Shown in pieces: positions 1 through 10,700 of a stretch of 53,463 nucleotides of DNA. The position numbers and the translations under genes were made by a program. The stretch is from contig JANQFI010000034.1 in the NCBI GenBank assembly GCA_028277905.1, positions 1 to 53,463 on the forward strand. Direction: 5' to 3'. The stretch is from Chromatiaceae bacterium. GTDB taxonomy: Bacteria; Pseudomonadota; Gammaproteobacteria; Chromatiales; Chromatiaceae. Each line of letters opens with the position of its first letter. Position 1 is the stretch's first letter. Below the pieces are notes generated by a model, which saw only the letters and a list, made by a program, of their open reading frames with translations, was not told where the DNA came from and searched no databases.

Positions 1-387
1 GCGCTGAACAGCGACGGCAGCGGCCCGTGCGGGCCGGGATTCAACTGCACCGACAGCGAGCTGGGGCATCTCTTCTACATAGAGGGCGGGCTCAGTGCCC
101 TTGACGCCATTAACGACAGCCCCGCCCTGACCAACGTCTTTACGAACATGCAGGACTTCACGTACTCGTCCGGTACGGAGCGCTCGGCGTCTGACGTGTG
201 GATCTTCCTCACCGCCACTGGCTTCCAGGTCAACGTCGATAAGCGCAACACGAGCTTCGGTTGGGCGGTTCGCCCCGGACGAGTCGCCGCCGCCCCGCTG
301 CCTGGCACGGCGGTGCTGATGGCACTGGGCTTGCTGGGACTCGGGGCTTGCCGGTTGCGGCGGCAGGCGCCTGTGGCGCTTCGGTGA
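1..387 (+). CDS. 5'-partial DUF1566/Lcl-like exported protein with PEP-CTERM/VPLPA-CTERM-type sorting tail
   Basis: Frame 1 is open from base 1: FNCTDSELGHLFY..FTNMQDFTYSSGT..FGWAVRPG, then APLPGT, a hydrophobic helix and basic RLRR. Confidence 0.75.
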   Translation, partial: ALNSDGSGPCGPGFNCTDSELGHLFYIEGGLSALDAINDSPALTNVFTNMQDFTYSSGTERSASDVWIFLTATGFQVNVDKRNTSFGWAVRPGRVAAAPLPGTAVLMALGLLGLGACRLRRQAPVALR

Positions 388-666
388 TTGGGTTAGGCGA
401 TTGCCGGAAACAAACATACCGAATGGCACAGGATTTTCGCTCGCCTTCAAGGAGCCGCAGCGGGCGCATAGTCGAGCTCTGTGCCCGCTGCCGCGACGCA
501 GAAGGCGGGCGAAAAGACAAGCCAGGCGGTCTGTTTGTTGACAGAAATCGCCTAAGTACCATCATCGCCGCCGCGCGCCTCTGCCCTTGATCAGGCGCTG
601 CGGCACAAAGCCTCCATGCCGTCGACGCGCCCGGTGTGCGCCCGGTGTGCGCCGGGTGAGTCTGGC

Positions 667-3129
667 TCAGCCTTTGCCCTTGGTCGAATCGTCCGTGCCC
701 GGCTCATTGTCCATGAACATCTGGAATACCAGGTCCAGGTCTTCCTCTGTGGCGGTGCTGCCCTCGCTGGCGGGCTCGCGCGGCGCCGGCGCTCGTGCAT
801 TGCGGCCCGCATCCACGCCCTCGGCCTGCTCCGGCGCGCCGGCCGCTGGCGCCCCCACCGCCACCGCAGGCGCCACCAGTGTTGCCGGGGCTGGTGCCGA
901 GCCGGCGGGATCCGCTGTAACCTCCGCCGGGACCGCCTCGCGCGGTGTCACCCGTGCGGTTCCGTAGCCGGGGGTGCCTGGGGCCTCGGCAAAGCCGGCG
1001 CCGGCAGCGCCCGCCCGGGCAGCAGCAGGGCGCTCGCGGGTCGCAGAATGTCCGGTTCCGGTTGCAATACCCTCGGCGGTCCGATAGCGCGCGGTGCCAG
1101 CGCCGGTCGGGGTGCTGCCCGCGGCAGGCGCCGTGCTCCGCCGCATCGGCCGCGGCGCCTGCGAGCCGAACAGGCGGAAGCCGCCGCCCACGTGGATGGT
1201 CGGCCCATCCGTGCTCGCTGCCGCCGGGCGCCCGAAGCTGGGCTGTGCCGCGGCCGGGGCCTGCGACCCCATCTGCTGCAGCCGCACCAACTGGTCTTCG
1301 AGTTGTTGGATGGCCCCGTGGCGTAGAAAGTACACGTCCGGGTCGTTCGAGGGCTTGACCAGCCCACTCGCCGCGTTGCGCACCAACAGCTGATCCACCA
1401 GCTCGCGGGCGCGCGCAGTCGGGATGTCATTCAGATCGATCCGTCCTTCATAGCGCGTGCCTTGGATCTTCTCGTCATGGGCGTCCAGGTGCTTGATCAG
1501 CGACTTGATGGCGACAACGTCGGCCGCATCGCGCCGGTCGACCTCGAGCACCCGGGTGTTGAAGCTCGCCTTGGCGCTCTTGGCGCCGATGAGACCCGTG
1601 AAGAGCACCAGCAAGTCCATCGATATGGCGATGACCAGCGCGAACATTGCATCCTTCTCCCACGCGAACAGGGCGTTGGTGGTGCGAGTGAATTCCGACG
1701 CGTTGGGGCCTTCCTCCCGCTGCAAGCGGTCCAGCTTGTCGCGCAGATCACGCACCCGCTTGAACGGCAGGCGGGTCAGGTCCAGACACTCGCGGGCGCG
1801 GTCCAGAGCCGGTACCAGCGCCAGCTCGTGCAGGCTTTGTGCGTCGGCGCCGGTGCAGTGCGCGTCTACGGCGGCGAGCGCCTGGCCGCTCGCCACGACC
1901 GCCGCTACCTTGGCCTGGATCGGGCCGCGATCGCAGGACAGGCGATACAAGTCCTCCGGCGGCTCGGGGAGCGTGCGCATATTGTCCGCCAGCTGGTTGC
2001 ACAGCGTCTCCGCCTGCTCCAGATTCGCCGGGTCGGCGGTGGTCTCGAAGCGGCTCGGATAGTCGCGCAGAGACTGCACCGTCTCCTCTACCGTGCCGCC
2101 CGCGCCGAAGCCTTCCAAGCGCAGCCGGGACTCCCTCTCGCGGTTCTTGGCCCTGTCGATCTCCTGTTCGACGCTGGCGAGTCGCAGCTCCGCGGCGCTC
2201 AGTTGTCCGGCCAGATCGCGCCCTAGACCCTCCTTGCCAGCCAACTCGTCCTGCATGATTTGCAGCTCTGCCGCGAGCCGATCGCGCTGCTGCTTCAGAC
2301 CGGTCCAGACCGGTCCTCGGCCGGACTTGCCGGTTTCGCCGACACCGCCCTCTTCGTTCTTCATCTCCGCTTCCTTGCGCTTGACCGCCAGCTTCAGCCG
2401 ATTGACCTCGGCACGCAGCTCCGTCAGTTCTTCCATGGAGCCACGGGTCTGCTCCGCCGCGGCCAACCTCTCTCGCAGCCGTCGCATCTCGTCATCGAGC
2501 GCGCTCTTCTCCGCCACAATCGCTACGGTTTGCTGCTGCCGTTGCTCGAGATCCTGCTGCGCCTGGGCGCGTTGCTCCTCCAACAGCAAGCGCAGATCCG
2601 GGCCCGTCTGCAGCGCCAGTTCTGCGGCCCGGTTGATCTGCTCCCGCCAGCGCAGGTAGGGGTTGGCGGCGGCATTGCCTTTCTGTATCGCGCGCAGCTC
2701 TTGGTCGAGTTGCGATTTGAGCCGCTGCTCGGCGTCGTTGACCACCTCCACCGCGCCGTCGCGCGCCCGCCCCAGGCTGGCCTCCTGCTGCCGCTCCTCA
2801 CCGAACATGACGTTGAACAGGCTGTTGAAGGAGAAGAACACCGACAGCGTGAAGCAGACGACGAACACGCCGACGTCGATCTTGGCCACGCTCTCCTTGT
2901 CGGCCAGCATGAAGCCGAGCCGCCAGGACACGACGAACAGGAGCGACTGGATCGCCGCGGTGATGAAGAAGGCGAAGATCCAATGGGCGACGAAGGGAGT
3001 AAGGCCGACGAAGGTCGTGTAGAAGGACGCGATCGATAGCAGCACGCTCGCGATGAAGAGCAGCAGCAGGTACGGCGAGCCCTTGGCCCGGTCGAGCAGG
3101 TCCTTCCAGAAACCGCTTTTCATCATCAT
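667..3129 (-). CDS. Membrane-anchored coiled-coil protein (DUF4407-like architecture) with low-complexity Ala/Pro-rich C-terminal tail
   Basis: 820 aa; three N-terminal hydrophobic helices, long heptad-rich region with EEGGVGETGKSGRGP loop, another TM (FALVIAISMDLLVLFTGLI); AGGTAGG-like RBS upstream. Confidence 0.75.
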   Translation of the reverse strand: MMMKSGFWKDLLDRAKGSPYLLLLFIASVLLSIASFYTTFVGLTPFVAHWIFAFFITAAIQSLLFVVSWRLGFMLADKESVAKIDVGVFVVCFTLSVFFSFNSLFNVMFGEERQQEASLGRARDGAVEVVNDAEQRLKSQLDQELRAIQKGNAAANPYLRWREQINRAAELALQTGPDLRLLLEEQRAQAQQDLEQRQQQTVAIVAEKSALDDEMRRLRERLAAAEQTRGSMEELTELRAEVNRLKLAVKRKEAEMKNEEGGVGETGKSGRGPVWTGLKQQRDRLAAELQIMQDELAGKEGLGRDLAGQLSAAELRLASVEQEIDRAKNRERESRLRLEGFGAGGTVEETVQSLRDYPSRFETTADPANLEQAETLCNQLADNMRTLPEPPEDLYRLSCDRGPIQAKVAAVVASGQALAAVDAHCTGADAQSLHELALVPALDRARECLDLTRLPFKRVRDLRDKLDRLQREEGPNASEFTRTTNALFAWEKDAMFALVIAISMDLLVLFTGLIGAKSAKASFNTRVLEVDRRDAADVVAIKSLIKHLDAHDEKIQGTRYEGRIDLNDIPTARARELVDQLLVRNAASGLVKPSNDPDVYFLRHGAIQQLEDQLVRLQQMGSQAPAAAQPSFGRPAAASTDGPTIHVGGGFRLFGSQAPRPMRRSTAPAAGSTPTGAGTARYRTAEGIATGTGHSATRERPAAARAGAAGAGFAEAPGTPGYGTARVTPREAVPAEVTADPAGSAPAPATLVAPAVAVGAPAAGAPEQAEGVDAGRNARAPAPREPASEGSTATEEDLDLVFQMFMDNEPGTDDSTKGKG

Positions 3130-3187
3130 CGCCTACCTTAGTTCCGGTTTGCAGTCTAGCAGGGCAGGAATTCCAGGACCCTTTCCC

Positions 3188-3216
3188 GTCGTTGTCGTTG
3201 TCGTAATCGTAATCGA
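3188..3216. repeat. Partial copy of hexamer-array repeat element (GTCGTT)n(GTAATC)n
   Basis: 29-bp exact match gtcgttgtcgttgtcgtaatcgtaatcga to 21597-21625; intergenic. Confidence 0.8.
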
Positions 3217-3329
3217 CTCCTGCGAGGTTTGGTTACCAGCTCTAACACCGCAGATGGGTCGACGACTTCTTCCAGCGCACACTAGTGCCGGGCGGCGCGC
3301 TTGCGCGGCGTGCCGGCGGGGATCAGGTG

Positions 3330-6300
3330 CTATTTGGTCACCGGCGCATGGGGCGCCGCGTGCTTCTCCAGCTCGGCGGCCAGCGCATCCCACTCGGCTG
3401 GCGGTCTTGTGGACAATTTCCGCAGCAGCTCGGCAGCAGCGTCGCCCGTGCTGGCCTGCGCCCGCTCCTGCACCTCCACTTTAACCGCGTCCGCTGCGAT
3501 CTGTGCCCGTGCCTTGTCGATGCGGTCGATTACAGCATGCAGCGTGGCTGCTGCATCCCTTGCCTCCACACGAGGATTCTCGAGCTGGCGCCGTGCCTGC
3601 GCGCAGGCATGCCCGAGTGCGGCGGTGATGCCGTCCGCGCGCGCGGCACGCCATCCGGTCCAGGCGGGCGGGTCGTCGCCGTCGTCTCCGTCCAGCCCCC
3701 AGGTGTCTTCGATATCCAGCAGGGCCGCATCGACCTTGTGACCGAGATCCTGGGCATGAGCGCCGGTATCGGCCTCGGTCGGGGCAAAGTCGAACCCCTT
3801 GTGCGCCATCACGCGCAGCGCCCAGTCCAATACCAAGGGCGCGGGATCGACCGCGGCGTCCATGTTCAGCGGGGCCTGGGTCTGCGTTTCCCCCCGGTGC
3901 GCTGCCTCGCCTGCGAAGGGGGCATCGGTGGATGGAGCCTGCGGCGGCTCGACTGGCTCAGCAGCCGCATCCGCCTCCGCCTGAGCCGTCCGGTCCGCGC
4001 CGGCGGTGGTTCTGTCGTCATCGTCCAAGACTTCGGCTTTTCCGCTGCCGGCGTTGAGCTTATCTGCGGGTGCCGTCGCCGCTGGCGGCGCCGCGGCGCT
4101 GTCCGTCGATTGGTCGGCCCGTCTGTGCGGATCCTCGACGGCGGGCTCCTCCCGCCTCGGCACCCCGCCAGTGGGGGCCTGCTTCGGCTCGTGCCTATCG
4201 GGTGCAACACCGAAACCGGGCGCCTGCGCCGGCCGCGCCTCTGCAGGCGTTTCGTCATCAACCGGCCCGCGGTCCGCATGAGATGCCTGCTCGGCCTCGC
4301 CACCGCCGTGATCCACGCGCACGGATGGGGTCTCCGCCCTCGCCCGGACCCTCGCCTGTTCCGGTCCAACTCCTTTGGATTTGGGCTTGGCGGATGGGAT
4401 TTCGGCCTGCCTGGGCTCGCCCACCTCGGTGTCCCCGGGCTCTTGCCGGCCGGCTGGCATTTGGTCGGGCGGGGTCGCGTGGCTGGGTCTGGCGAGCTCG
4501 CTGACGTACTGCTGCAAGCCCCAGAGCGCGAACCGCGTCTGCAGCTCGACGGTTTGCGCCATCAGCTCCGCCGCGCCGGCGCCGAGCCGGCCCAGGGCGG
4601 CCATCAGACCTTGGCGCAGGTGCGCTGCATCGGTGCGCTCGCCGCGCCGCAGCGCAGCCGAGAAGTCGCCCGCCAACTCGGCAAGCGCCAGCCGCCCGCG
4701 CCAGGGGCAGCGCGCCAGTGCGTCGTTGACGGCGTCCAGCTCCGCATCCAGTCTCGCCTCCGTCTCCTGCAACCTGGCCAGCCGGTGCTGCACCTCGCCG
4801 AAGCTCTTCGGGGGGTCGCTCCAGTTCGCGATGTCCGTGCCCAGGTCCTCGAGCGTCGCCTCCAGGTAGTCCGGCAGGGAGGCCGCGGTGGCGATGCGCA
4901 GCCCTTCGACGAGCGCATCCGGATCATCGCGCACGGCCCTGGCGGGGATGCCCAGGTCGCGCCATTGGGTCGCGCGCCCGCCGGCCAGCATGAATCGCCA
5001 GAGGTCGCGCTGCACGGCGGGGGACTCGCCCTCGATCCAGGCTCCCAGCTCGGCGTCATGCGGCTCCAGCGCAGTCGCCAGGGCCGCAGCGGGGGCGAAG
5101 TGCTCCGTGTCGGCGGGCTTGGCACCCCATGACGCCTTGGCCTCGGCGAGTAGGTGCGCAAGCCGCATGTCCGCGCGGCAGCCGAAGGCTAGGTCCGGGC
5201 GGCGTGCGAAGCCACCAAAGCTGCCGAGCGCCGCGACCATGCCGCGGCTGGTGAAGTGGCGGTCGTGCGCCGGCGCCGCGGGCGGCGCCTCGTCGAGCGG
5301 GCCGCTCAGGTCGGCGAACGCGAGCAAGGTGAAGGCCTCGGCATCCTCGGCGCCGCGCCAGTCCAGACAGCGCCTGTGATCGTCCACGCGCACCCAGTCG
5401 CCGTGCAGCTCCATGTCGATCTCGGTCAGGTCAAACGGCGGGCATCGCGGCGCCAGCCTGTGCTCGTAGTGGCGAGCTTCCTCCGTGAGCAGCAGGTAGT
5501 CGCGTCCGTAGAACAGGCCCACCAGGCAGCTCGCCTCGCCCCCGTCGTCCCCGTGCACCCCAACGCCGGTGTGTGGGTCCGCCGCCGGTGCCAGCGACGC
5601 CTCACCGCTGAAGTAGACACCCAGGTGGTCCAGGTGGCAGGCGGTGTCGCAGGGCCAGACCAGCAGCAGGCGATGGTCCGCGGTGGCGATCAGCTCCAGT
5701 TTGGCGCCGGACACGTAGCGGAATTCTTCGTCGCCGTAGGGACGATGGAAGAAGCAGAAGCCGGCGCGCACGCGCTCGGCCAAGTCACCGAATGGGCTTA
5801 GGTCGACGACGAGCGTCGGCACCTCCAGCGCATCGAACCCCTCGATATTCACCGCATCTGTGGGCAGGGCCTTGGAATCCTCGGCAACCGTGAACAGCAC
5901 CTGGAGCGTCCGGCGCTCTCGCCCCAGCGGATTGACGGTCGGCCCGCGCGGGGCATCCGCCGCCTGCCCGCTGACGCGCATCAGCGCGAGTGCAGCCGGC
6001 GCCTCGTGCTCCTCCCAGGGAGGGTGCGCCAGCGCATCCTCCAGCCGCGCGCCCTCGGCCAACTCGATGGGCTCGAGGTGCAGCCCCTCGAGACCTGCAG
6101 CATCGTCCGCGACACGGAACAGCCAGCCGCGGATGCGATGGTTCCGGGCGGCAGCCCACTGGGCATGCGGGCGCAGGTCGGCATCGAAGGGGATGATCGC
6201 GACCGGCGAGGCATCCAGCGCGTCGATTCCATCGGTGCCGCCGGCCAGCGCGTACAGATACAGCTCGAAGCGCCCGGCGGTGGGAACCTTGATGGCCCAC

Positions 6301-6479
6301 AAGGGCGCGGCGGCAGAGAAGTCGCCGGCGTAGTAGGCACCGGCCCCGTCGGCCACTCGAACCTCTAGCGCGAAGCCGCGGGCGGACCCAGGGCCAGACT
6401 GCGTACCGGCCCGGAACAGGACCAGCACGCCGTGCTGTGCGTCCCATGCGCACTCCGGCAGTGCTTCCATCGCTTCCAT
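3330..6479 (-). CDS. Large hypothetical protein (beta-rich N-terminus, helical middle, Pro/Ala linker, helical C-terminus)
   Basis: 1049-aa ORF with host-like codon pattern, co-oriented with 667-3129; no motif recognised. Confidence 0.75.
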   Translation of the reverse strand: MEAMEALPECAWDAQHGVLVLFRAGTQSGPGSARGFALEVRVADGAGAYYAGDFSAAAPLWAIKVPTAGRFELYLYALAGGTDGIDALDASPVAIIPFDADLRPHAQWAAARNHRIRGWLFRVADDAAGLEGLHLEPIELAEGARLEDALAHPPWEEHEAPAALALMRVSGQAADAPRGPTVNPLGRERRTLQVLFTVAEDSKALPTDAVNIEGFDALEVPTLVVDLSPFGDLAERVRAGFCFFHRPYGDEEFRYVSGAKLELIATADHRLLLVWPCDTACHLDHLGVYFSGEASLAPAADPHTGVGVHGDDGGEASCLVGLFYGRDYLLLTEEARHYEHRLAPRCPPFDLTEIDMELHGDWVRVDDHRRCLDWRGAEDAEAFTLLAFADLSGPLDEAPPAAPAHDRHFTSRGMVAALGSFGGFARRPDLAFGCRADMRLAHLLAEAKASWGAKPADTEHFAPAAALATALEPHDAELGAWIEGESPAVQRDLWRFMLAGGRATQWRDLGIPARAVRDDPDALVEGLRIATAASLPDYLEATLEDLGTDIANWSDPPKSFGEVQHRLARLQETEARLDAELDAVNDALARCPWRGRLALAELAGDFSAALRRGERTDAAHLRQGLMAALGRLGAGAAELMAQTVELQTRFALWGLQQYVSELARPSHATPPDQMPAGRQEPGDTEVGEPRQAEIPSAKPKSKGVGPEQARVRARAETPSVRVDHGGGEAEQASHADRGPVDDETPAEARPAQAPGFGVAPDRHEPKQAPTGGVPRREEPAVEDPHRRADQSTDSAAAPPAATAPADKLNAGSGKAEVLDDDDRTTAGADRTAQAEADAAAEPVEPPQAPSTDAPFAGEAAHRGETQTQAPLNMDAAVDPAPLVLDWALRVMAHKGFDFAPTEADTGAHAQDLGHKVDAALLDIEDTWGLDGDDGDDPPAWTGWRAARADGITAALGHACAQARRQLENPRVEARDAAATLHAVIDRIDKARAQIAADAVKVEVQERAQASTGDAAAELLRKLSTRPPAEWDALAAELEKHAAPHAPVTK

Positions 6480-6623
6480 CGGTATACCGCGTTCTTGCTG
6501 AGCTGCGTCGTGCTGCGCGACCGGCCCGGAGCCGAACCCGTCGGCGTATCTTGTCGGCCCCTGCCGCGACCGTACAATACCAACAAGCGGCGCGGTGACT
6601 CAATCGACAAGGCGAGGCCAAGC

Positions 6624-7760
6624 ATGGCGACCAGCGACGACGACTCGGAATTCCACGACGAGGACAGCACGGAGCCCGATGCAGGGTCCGAGGCTGCCAG
6701 GCGGGACGCTGCCGGGCCTGGCCTGCAGGAAGCTGCCAAGAAGCGCGGTCGGTTCTTCTCCTTACGCAAGCGCGGCGAGGAGCAGCCGCCCGGCTCGAAG
6801 AGATGCACGGTGATCGGGCCTACGCGTTCCGGCAAGACCGCGCTGATGCTGTCGCTAAGGCGCTGCGTCGACGCGCGCAGCCATTCATACGGTGCCCGCT
6901 ATGTGACGACCATCGGTCATACAAACGAGGAATACGACAGGCTGCAGCAGTGGCTGGATACCTATTTCCCGCGAGGCCTGCGGCTCGACGCCTCGGATCT
7001 CGGCACCTGCTTCGTGCCGGAGTTCACTCTCCGGGTGAGACAGCGTCACAGGCGCGGTGATGCGGGACTCCTCCACAGCCGGCACAAGACGCGCTTTCGC
7101 ACCTTTGACGGCGCCGGGGAGCTGCTGGAGAAGGCCAAGGTTGCTGCCGACCCGAGGTTTCGGGAGTGCCGCGAACGCCTCAACCAGGAACTGGCGGACT
7201 GCGATACCGTCCTCTTGTGCCTGCCCATCGGCCTGCGGATCAACCGCGATCAGGAAAGCGAGCTGAAGAACCTCCTAGAGGGTTTCATCGACAGCCGGCA
7301 GGTCCGGAGCCTGGTGGTCTGCTTCACTATGTACGAGACCCTGGGCATTGAGTACGGCCGCCTCGCCTATCGCGAGCTCGCGAACCGACTAGCCGCAAGG
7401 CGTGCGATACGCGAGGCATTGGAGCACCGGCTGTTAGGGTTGGACAATCACCTCGAACAGTTTCACCTGGCGAGCGGAAAGCGGGGCGTCTGGTGCGCGC
7501 CGGTCTCTGCTTACGGGTTCATTGCACGGAACGGCGGAGCGAATGTCGCCGTGTTCGGCAAGACCGAGCATTGTCTGCGTACGACCCCAGCCGATAAGGA
7601 TGGCAAGGCGGCGCCGACGGGCGCGCACTCGCCCTATGAACATGACGTGGCCTTGACGGACTGGTGGCGGCCCTTTTTGACCATCGACCCCTTCGTGTTC
7701 ATCACCACCGGCGATCGCCGGGGCACCCTGATCCACGCGTACGACGAGATCTTTGCGTGA
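6624..7760 (+). CDS. P-loop GTPase (TRAFAC-like, DO-GTPase-type) with atypical G4
   Basis: G1 VIGPTRSGKT, G3 FRTFDGAGE, G4-like VCFTMYE, G5-like PVSAYG, C-terminal PFLTIDPFVFI; ATG 6624 preceded by GGCGAGG (ORF track starts at 6432). Confidence 0.8.
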   Translation: MATSDDDSEFHDEDSTEPDAGSEAARRDAAGPGLQEAAKKRGRFFSLRKRGEEQPPGSKRCTVIGPTRSGKTALMLSLRRCVDARSHSYGARYVTTIGHTNEEYDRLQQWLDTYFPRGLRLDASDLGTCFVPEFTLRVRQRHRRGDAGLLHSRHKTRFRTFDGAGELLEKAKVAADPRFRECRERLNQELADCDTVLLCLPIGLRINRDQESELKNLLEGFIDSRQVRSLVVCFTMYETLGIEYGRLAYRELANRLAARRAIREALEHRLLGLDNHLEQFHLASGKRGVWCAPVSAYGFIARNGGANVAVFGKTEHCLRTTPADKDGKAAPTGAHSPYEHDVALTDWWRPFLTIDPFVFITTGDRRGTLIHAYDEIFA

Positions 7761-10700
7761 CCGAGAGCGACGCGGTCCGGGCGTACCGCTACGCGTACGG
7801 CAAGGCCGTCACCGAGCCCGGCGGCCCCATTCCCCTGGGCGATGGCTATCGTGTCACCAGCATCTCCGGCGGGATGCCCGAGTGCCTGAAGCTCCACTGC
7901 CGCCCGGGGGATCTGCTGGACAATCGCTCTACCCAGGCGCTCGTGCACCCGAAGCGAGAGCGCGACGGCGCGCTATTCTTCAGGCCCGCGTGTTGCGAAG
8001 GGCAGCGCTGGATGATTGCGAGCTGCGCGCGGGCGCGGCCCGAAGGGGGCGAAGTTGCAATGAGCCGCACCTTCACGCTGCTCGTGGCCTATGTCTTTGC
8101 CGCGGACGACTGGGCGCGCTGGGCGCCGCGGCTGTTGGCAAACACACCGCGCTGGCTCAAGGCCGAGCCGGACAGCCTCGACTTCGTCGAGCGCGGTGAC
8201 TTCCCGCAGGTGCGGATCGCTTCTGAGCAGTTGCCCCTAGACCCGGAGCAGAACCCAGGAGACACCGCCAAGCCCCTACCGCTGACCAAGAACCCGCTCT
8301 TCTGGCGCATCGCCGACGCGCTGGAGAACCCCGTCGGTCTCAAGGAGTCCAGGGCGAACCTGCTTGTCGGCACCGCCGATCGCATCGGCTCGCTGCCGGT
8401 GTTCATGCAAGCGCTGGGCTTCGCGGCGGCGCTCTTGCCGCGGGAGGCGCGGATCTACCTCACCGCGGCAGCGGGCTTCGCCGAGACCGAGCGGGCCTTC
8501 GCCGTCCAATACCACCCGGATGCACCGCCGGTGGTCGCCGAGCCCGGGTTTTTCGCCTACTACGCCGGCGTGCAGCGAAACCTCAACCCCGACATCGACC
8601 TCGCCACCTGGCAAGAGTATTGGCAGAGCAAGCACCCCGACGACCCGCTGCTCGACGAGGTCTGGCCGCGGCTCGAACAGATCGACGCCTGGGAGAGCGC
8701 GGCCGATGCGCGGCGCTGGCTCGCGCGCTGTATGGACGACCTAGTTGCCGAGCGCTCGGTGAGCGAACTGCGCGCCTGGCTGAACGGGAAGCGTCCGGAG
8801 CCACCGAAGCGCCCGCGGCGCCACCAGCCGGGCACGGCCACGGAATGGGTCGGCGTGCTCACCGAGTGCATGAACGGATGCGTCGCCGATCCCGGCGGCG
8901 GTCGGGCGGCGGCAGCCGCCCGGGCGGCGCAACTGCTCGCAACGCTGGTGCAGCCCAGCCTCCCGGAGCGCGACCGAGAACAGCAGTCGAAATTCTGGGC
9001 AGAGGCCTGGTGCAGCGTGGCCGAGCACGCCGCCGTGCCGCCGGGCGACACCGGTGCGGAGGCGGGCGTCGCGCGCACCATGCGGCAGAGGAAGGTTCTG
9101 CGCTGGTCGGTGCTCAGCGCCGTGCCCTTTCCGAGCGCTGCCGACCGCAAGCTGCCCCGTGACGGTCTCGGCATGATCCAGGACTTCACCGAGCTCCGGG
9201 TCGTCCACGAGACCCTCGATCGCGCGCGGGCCGCCTCACCCGAGGCGGCCGAGCAGATCAAGACCGCCGTCAGCAGCAAGGCGTTCAACGACCGGCTCGC
9301 GGACCTGCGCAAGCGCGCCGAGCCGATCCTGGTGCACAACCCCTACTGCCTGATTCATCTCGTGCATTTCCCGGCGCTGCTGGCGCCGCGTGCCGATGAG
9401 AGCTTTGGCGAGGACAAGGCGCTGCGGAGCGCCGTGCGCGCGATTCACCTGGCGTGCCTGCTGTATCACTGGGTCGATGTGTCCCCGCCGGCTTGGCACG
9501 CCGAGCTGCTGCGGTCGGCCCAGGCCGTCGATACGGTGGTTTCCGAACCGCGCGAACAGTTGGACGAGGCGCGCCTGCGTCACGAGCTCGAGAAACAACT
9601 GGCGGGGCACTTCAACGACTTTCTGGCGCGCTTCTTCCGCTCGGCCTATGCGCTTGAGGCCAAGGGCACGAACCGCGAGTCAACACTGTGGCAAGACGCC
9701 GTTGCCATGACGTTGCGGATAGGAATACAGCAATCCGATTGGGTCCGATACCTATCAGTGTTGCTGACCGAGCTGGACGACATAGCGAGCACTGCCAGAT
9801 CGCGAGAAGCCGGTCCCGTGGGCCCGCTGGTCCGGGTCGACCTGTTCGATCAGGCCATCGGTGATTGGATCGAGCGCAGTATCCAGATGCTGGATCAAGC
9901 CTGCGGCGATGGCGTGGACGTCGCGGTGATCGTCCTTACAGGACCGGAATCCTTGTCCGAGCTGTTGCCGCGTCCGGCTCGCGCACCCTTAGCTGCCCGC
10001 TTTGCCGACGCCTTGCACGAATGGCTGCTGCACGCGCTAGGTGCCCGCAAGCTCAGATCCGAAACACTGGCGAAGCGGGTCTTGGAGCCCTTCGTCGCAC
10101 GCCTCGAAGAGCTCGTAGAAGCCCACAGCGGTTTGAACGCCCGGCCGCCGCCGCTTCCACTCCGCCATCGCTTGCTGGAGAGTGCGAGTGCGTTGATCCG
10201 GGCGATGATCGCGTCTCCGGGGCGGCTCTCTAGGCAGCGCATCAGCGATCTCTTCGATCAGCTGGACTGGCTCTGTGGATTTACTGACCCCCAAGGGTCC
10301 GAGACCAAAGAAGTGTCCTCCGTCCAACAATACACGTCTGAATTGAGTACCCTGCTGGCCCTTTGCCTGATGCGCTGGGCGGCTGCCGAGGAGCCCCGGC
10401 CTTACTTGCCCAAATACCGGGATATTCTGACCAGATCGCCCATTCGCCATGCGCTGGCTTGGCGGCTTGGCTACCCCGGTAGCCTATATTTCGGGCGCCT
10501 GACCCCTGCGTCCGAGAACGCACAGCCAAACCGGGATCTGCCTCGCACCGCTCACGGGCAATCGATCACAGACCGGCTTCGGGTGTCTATCCTGAAGGAT
10601 GCGATGCCGTGGTCAAACGACCAGGCCAAGGTCTTAATAGGCCGCGTGGTTGCGGTGGGGGCGCTGCGCGCTTGGCGTGAGCTCTTCGGCACCGGTCCGG

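Noticed and set aside
424-440. Sigma-54-like TGGCAC motif (also at ~31165 and ~3290 on the minus strand)
   Set aside because: GG-N10-GC spacing is wrong in all three cases
3285-5132. Long antisense or alternate-frame ORFs (also 16316-18124, 25434-27479, 50819-52768 and many shorter ones)
   Set aside because: Shadows of real genes in high-GC DNA; Arg/Gly/Pro-rich or reverse-frame composition with no motifs
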